Origin: Mytilus californianus
Taxonomy: Eukaryota
NCBI RefSeq assembly: GCF_021869535.1
Contig: NW_026262690.1
Span: 91,326,001 to 91,390,000 of the forward strand
Direction of reading: 5' to 3'
DNA: 64,000 bases
Every line of letters begins with the position of its first letter. Within the stretch, counting starts at the first letter, position 1. Below, in pieces: positions 59,101-64,000 of the stretch. The notes beneath the pieces are model-generated. The model was not told the origin of the DNA. It ran no database searches and was given only the letters and a program-made list of their open reading frames with translations. The position numbers and the translations under genes were made by a program.

Positions 59101-62100
59101 TTACTTTGATACAAAAAATTACCGTATACTCTAATTAAATGATTTAAATAGTATATAAGCGCAGCTGGCTCTATATTTACGTTCTAACGTTATCGCTATA
59201 TTGTAACGGGGAAAGAAACAATCTATTTGAAATTCAAAACAAATTTGAATGAGAAACAAACAATAAAGAGAAATAGTTCTTTAATTGTTAACTTTGTATA
59301 CAAACTTTTTCGTGGTACCCGTACAGAAAATTTAACGACAAGCTTGCGTTTAATTTTAATAACAAAGAATGTAAAATTTGCGTAATTGAAATTCAATCAA
59401 ATTGTTAAAGCCTGCAACAGCTAACTCCATGACGATTAAATTAATCATCTCTAAACCATACAATGAAAAAATAAGAACTTGACGTATCAATGCAGATCAC
59501 GGTGTTGTTATTTTCAAGCGAAGTTATAACAACGTTACCTGATTTCAGCAAACATTAATGAATAATGGTCGCACAATCGCGCAGTGGCAGGAATTTTCAA
59601 TTTGATTCTACTGAAGTAGGATATAGTTTCTTTGTGTTTAAAAGAAAGGAATAAAAAAACACTGAACAAATAGCACCAAACCATTTTAAATGTTAACATT
59701 GCAGTAATTATTCATGTGCAGTGCAGCCTAATGAGATGAATACATTAGTGCTTGTTTGATCAGAAGGCAGATTGGAACTCTAATTTATTTTGATATATCA
59801 GAAAACTACTTCACAATCTAAATGTAAATTCATAGTTTATTCCTGTATGTCACGAATATGGACTTTAACTGAGAATCTAAAAAATCCAATAAAATTCATT
59901 AAGTCGATAAACCGGCCAATGTACGAGATGGTAATCATCGGGAAAATTTATACCCAAGTATATATTGATAAGATTTGATACTAATCTAATTATAAACAAT
60001 AATACAAGATGATCAATGATTTAATGATTACACTGTACAGAAATTTGCATATGTAACGAAATTACAACGAGTTCATGACGCACATTATCTTGTTTTAAAT
60101 GTGGACCTTGTTCATACCAGGAAGCTATTGAAAATGAAAGGGAATAGTTTGAATATTTTACTCGTACAAAGATTTGTTGTTTTCTCGTGCTCCCTGTTAT
60201 GATTTTTTTCTACAAAGACACGTTGTTCTCTATTTATTTATATTTATTTTGGCACTTTTGATTTATTTGGGTTTGGTTTGATATTATTTTTATTAGTTTA
60301 TTTTTGTTTGTACAGTTTTTATTAATGCAATTCAGCATCAATAATGTATATGTTAGAGTAAGTAATTAATAGTTTTCAATCTTCGTTGATGAAGTTGACT
60401 TAAAAGAACTATATTTACCAATTTAGGGGACCGATGCTGTTTTGGTGTGAGGGAGGTATAAGTACGCATTGACATTTTCTAAATATAAGAACCGTATTTG
60501 ATTATCCCTGGTTCTCTAGACGCGCCAGAACGCTTCCACATATTCTTGCTTTGGGTTGTTCGTATGGTTGTGCAGAATGTGCTGCTTTAAAGCTACATCC
60601 GTTCGGTTGTTTGTCGTGCCTAAATGGACAGCCATTTCATGACGTTGACTACAATAGGCATACTTGATTGAAGCGGAAGCAAGCGAGAGAATTCGGTCCG
60701 CCGTAAAAACGGATTCAACCTCCAGTTTTCTTTTGAAAATGCCTGTACCAAATCATGACTGTGACAGTAAATCACCTGTTGTTCCCACGAGAATCTTTTG
60801 AAGATATGTCCCCCTTTCTAAACATGATGTATTCTTTATGTGCCTGTCCCAAGCCAAGAGTTTGTAATTCAATGGTTGTCGATGGTTGCTGTCTGTCATA
60901 TTTGATTTACTTGTTTGAATTGTTTTACATTTTGTTATGTCGAGGCCTTATAGTTGACTATACGGTATGGATTTTGCTCATCGTTGCAAGGCCGTACGAT
61001 GACCTACAATTATTTACAGCTTCTTCCTTTGGTCTCTGGTGAATAGTTGTCTCATTGGAAATAATCATTCCACATCTTTTTATTTTTTGTATGGACATTG
61101 ATTGGATATACCTTTAAGTTCGCCATGATGTCTTATGCCCTATTCTAAACATCTACAATAACTTAGCTATTTTCAAATCAACATGTGGCCTTTCGTGATA
61201 TTAAATCAAAACATGGATTTGTTATTTTTAAGTTTTAAATTTGAAAGTACATATACCTACAATTTACTAATACACAGCAGATAAATATGATATATGACGT
61301 CACATAAATACGTAAACTTTGAACAGTTTCCAAAACTAATTTTGTTTTTGCGGATAAAGCCGTTTGAAGCGTTCATTAAACTCTTCCAAATCCTGATAAA
61401 ATCTATTGATGAAACGATCCATGATCGTGAGTTTGACCGAAATTAAATAGAAGCATTGTTAAGTCGTAGTTTTACGTACACTAGTATCGGTGTTTTTGTT
61501 GACTTTGCAGATATCAGTTTTTCAATGTATTGATTTTAACTTTCTACCCATAAAGGTATGGTTAAATGAAGTACTTGGGGAAATATTAAATAATTTGAAC
61601 ACCACTGACTCATGGCAACAATGTCCACTTAGCTCAATATCACGATTATGGTAAATATTAGCTTAGTATGTAACAAGCTAGAAAATGTTAATACTTTTGA
61701 AGTGCTGTTACATATAAGCTGATACATGTATACAAGGTTCAATCGAGTATACCATTTAAATGCGATGCACCAACACTGTCTTATTTTGTTTTTTTTACAC
61801 ATGTGCTACTTCACGTTATTTTTCTATTTTTATCACTTAAAACATGCAAAATCTGCATTTAGTTTTATATTTACCGTTATTCTGAAAAGTGATAATTCTA
61901 TTTAAACCTATCCAAGTGTTTTAATGGTGATACTTTACTCAAAATAGTAACCTGCTTTCATACAATATGAAAGTTTGTAACGACACTACGTGGCAAATGT
62001 GCAAGCCAATGGTAAATCATTTTATGAAAAAGGACACGCTAGACCTTGGATTAATCAGGATAAGCATATAGTCTAGGTTGAACTCAAATTTGGAGTTTTT

Positions 62101-63777
62101 TTTTACATTTGATATACTATGTAATAAAAAAAGTTTAACATTGCCAATGCTTAATTGGATTCTGTATATATATTCAACAAAGATTAAGTCTGTCGTCCCT
62201 TTTGTTTTTGAACAAATTTATTCGCCATGTAATACAGTTGTTCTATACTCGTCCAGATTCTTCGATGTACTGAGAAAAAATTAAGGCTATAAAGTTCAAA
62301 TCGTAATTACATAAATGGCATATGTTATTGATACATTAATTTGTAAACTAAAATAATTAGCATTACCAGCATATTTTTGTTCAAGGTCTTGTCTCTACGT
62401 GTAGTAAACTTAAAGCTTTCTTTGGACAGTGAAATGAAAATTGGCGATGGAATGACGTAAAAGTTGACGGATGGTTGATTCAAATCTATTTTTTATATTA
62501 CTTTCCCAATCATTTTTCCATATCATGCCTCCATGGTGTTTTAGCTACGTTATACTGAAGATCAATAGCCCGTTTTAGACTGAACTTCTATTTACAGGTG
62601 CAAATTAGTTTCATTGTGCGATCACACCTTTATTGAATGACACGAAAGTCAGATTCAGAATCAAAAACAGATTCTTAAATTTGTGAGCTATCCATAATTG
62701 TGATAAAACTATTGGGTATCGGAACGTTTAGACGTATAATGGATAAATCTATTTCGTTACGTCTTAAATATTTCATGAGTAAAAAGTTTCATCTTACAAG
62801 AAGAATTGCATCTCTATCTTCAAATTGGAATTGAATTAATGTTTATGATACGATAGTTTATCCTTTTAAATGTTCATATAGAACATGATCGATCAATGTG
62901 TACATTGTACCATGACAACCGGGGTTTGACAAAGACGATTTAAAGAGTTATTTATACAATACCTAGCGTGGCCTTTAACATGGAATTAAAGTATGGAATC
63001 ACACGTTGTTGTGTTAAGTGTAGTTTGTTCTAAACTTCTGATATATTAAAATAACAATTTTTCATGACTGTTGTTTTCAAAATTTTGCACGAGGTGAGTT
63101 TTTTACAATATATTTAAACGTTTAATGTGACCCTTTAGAAGCAAAGCAAGAACATTTACAAGGAGTTCCATTAAGTAATTACACATTCTGCAAAACGTAT
63201 TCATTGTGAAGCTTTCAAATACTTCGTTATTTTCATAGCTGTTTTACATTTTATACACGCACAATTTTATATGGATATTTAAACAATTCATATGGCTTTT
63301 ATACTTATATATATATATATTCAAAAATGACATAAGAATTTATTATTCATTATTTAAATTCATTTACCATGCGCTATGTTCCATTCAATGCACTTTTAAA
63401 TTAAACATAATACGTCTTTTTGAAAATTGACGAAAATGATATAAAAAACATGCATGGTACATCAGTTTTCAATACAGCCTTGTCACGTGCAAATTAGTTT
63501 GTATATACAAATAATTCAGTAATTGCTACAATTATATAACTCAACAAGAAAAAAAAATCGAAAGTTTAAACAAAATGTAAGATTTTCTTTTTCATTGTTA
63601 TATATTTATGAAAAGATGGATTGTGTTTGGTAATTTGAAACGCATGATCTTTAAAATTCCAATTCTTTATTTTTGTCTTTTGTTTGGCATTTTAATTAAG
63701 TCTTGACACGGAATTACAGTGTATATCATAAAGTAAACAGTTCATTGGTCTATTTACAGGTTTCAACCATGTAGATC

Positions 63778-64000
63778 ATGGCCTCATCGAATGCTACCAT
63801 TGTTAGTAACGACAGCGAGCCAGAACCACCCAGAAATTCTTCAGATATAGTATTGTCTCGAATCAATTTAAGTTTTCACGAATCAAAAGCAGATCAGATA
63901 CTAAGACTTGTTAAGGACCAAGAGGAATTAAATAAAAAGTTTTCCGAACGCGCCTTACATCGCCAAGAAGATAACTGTGCGGACGGTGACAATAGCTTAA
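63778..64000 (+). CDS. 5' part of an unidentified gene running off the window (MASSNATIVSNDSEPEPPRNSSDIVLSRINLSFHE...); possibly a membrane receptor N-terminus
   Basis: tttacag acceptor at 63759, in-frame TAG upstream, atcATGG context, 74 open codons to the window end, four N-x-S/T sequons in the first 32 aa. Confidence 0.5.
   Translation, partial: MASSNATIVSNDSEPEPPRNSSDIVLSRINLSFHESKADQILRLVKDQEELNKKFSERALHRQEDNCADGDNSL

Overview
AT-rich eukaryotic genomic DNA with GT-AG introns. The repeat families and the C1q-domain gene type point to a bivalve mollusc, most likely a Mytilus mussel (recognised from memory, not searched). Genes: a complete 18-coding-exon COG2 (+, 7511..37641, 719 aa); a 3-exon secreted C1q-domain gene nested antisense in COG2 intron 7 (-, 18908..20866, 183 aa); a 2-exon SAYSD1 (-, 44100..45368, 158 aa); and the start of an unidentified gene at the right edge (+, 63778 onward). 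The rest is a dense, nested mix of Helentron-type non-autonomous elements, TIR DNA transposons/MITEs, SINEs, minisatellites and many 3' fragments of Penelope-like retroelements. Main result: a 5'-truncated Naiad-type Penelope-like retroelement (54174..57077) has an in-frame TGA at a position that is usually Cys and a canonical SECIS hairpin 3' of its ORF. A second, diverged family member (38195..40034, -) keeps the homologous SECIS-like motif. Together these suggest selenoprotein-encoding retrotransposons. Also notable: a 3.2-kb DNA transposon with 6-bp TSD encoding NHL-propeller plus P-like transposase remnants in two convergent copies, and an NF-kB/IRF composite site resembling the IFN-beta enhancer just upstream of COG2.
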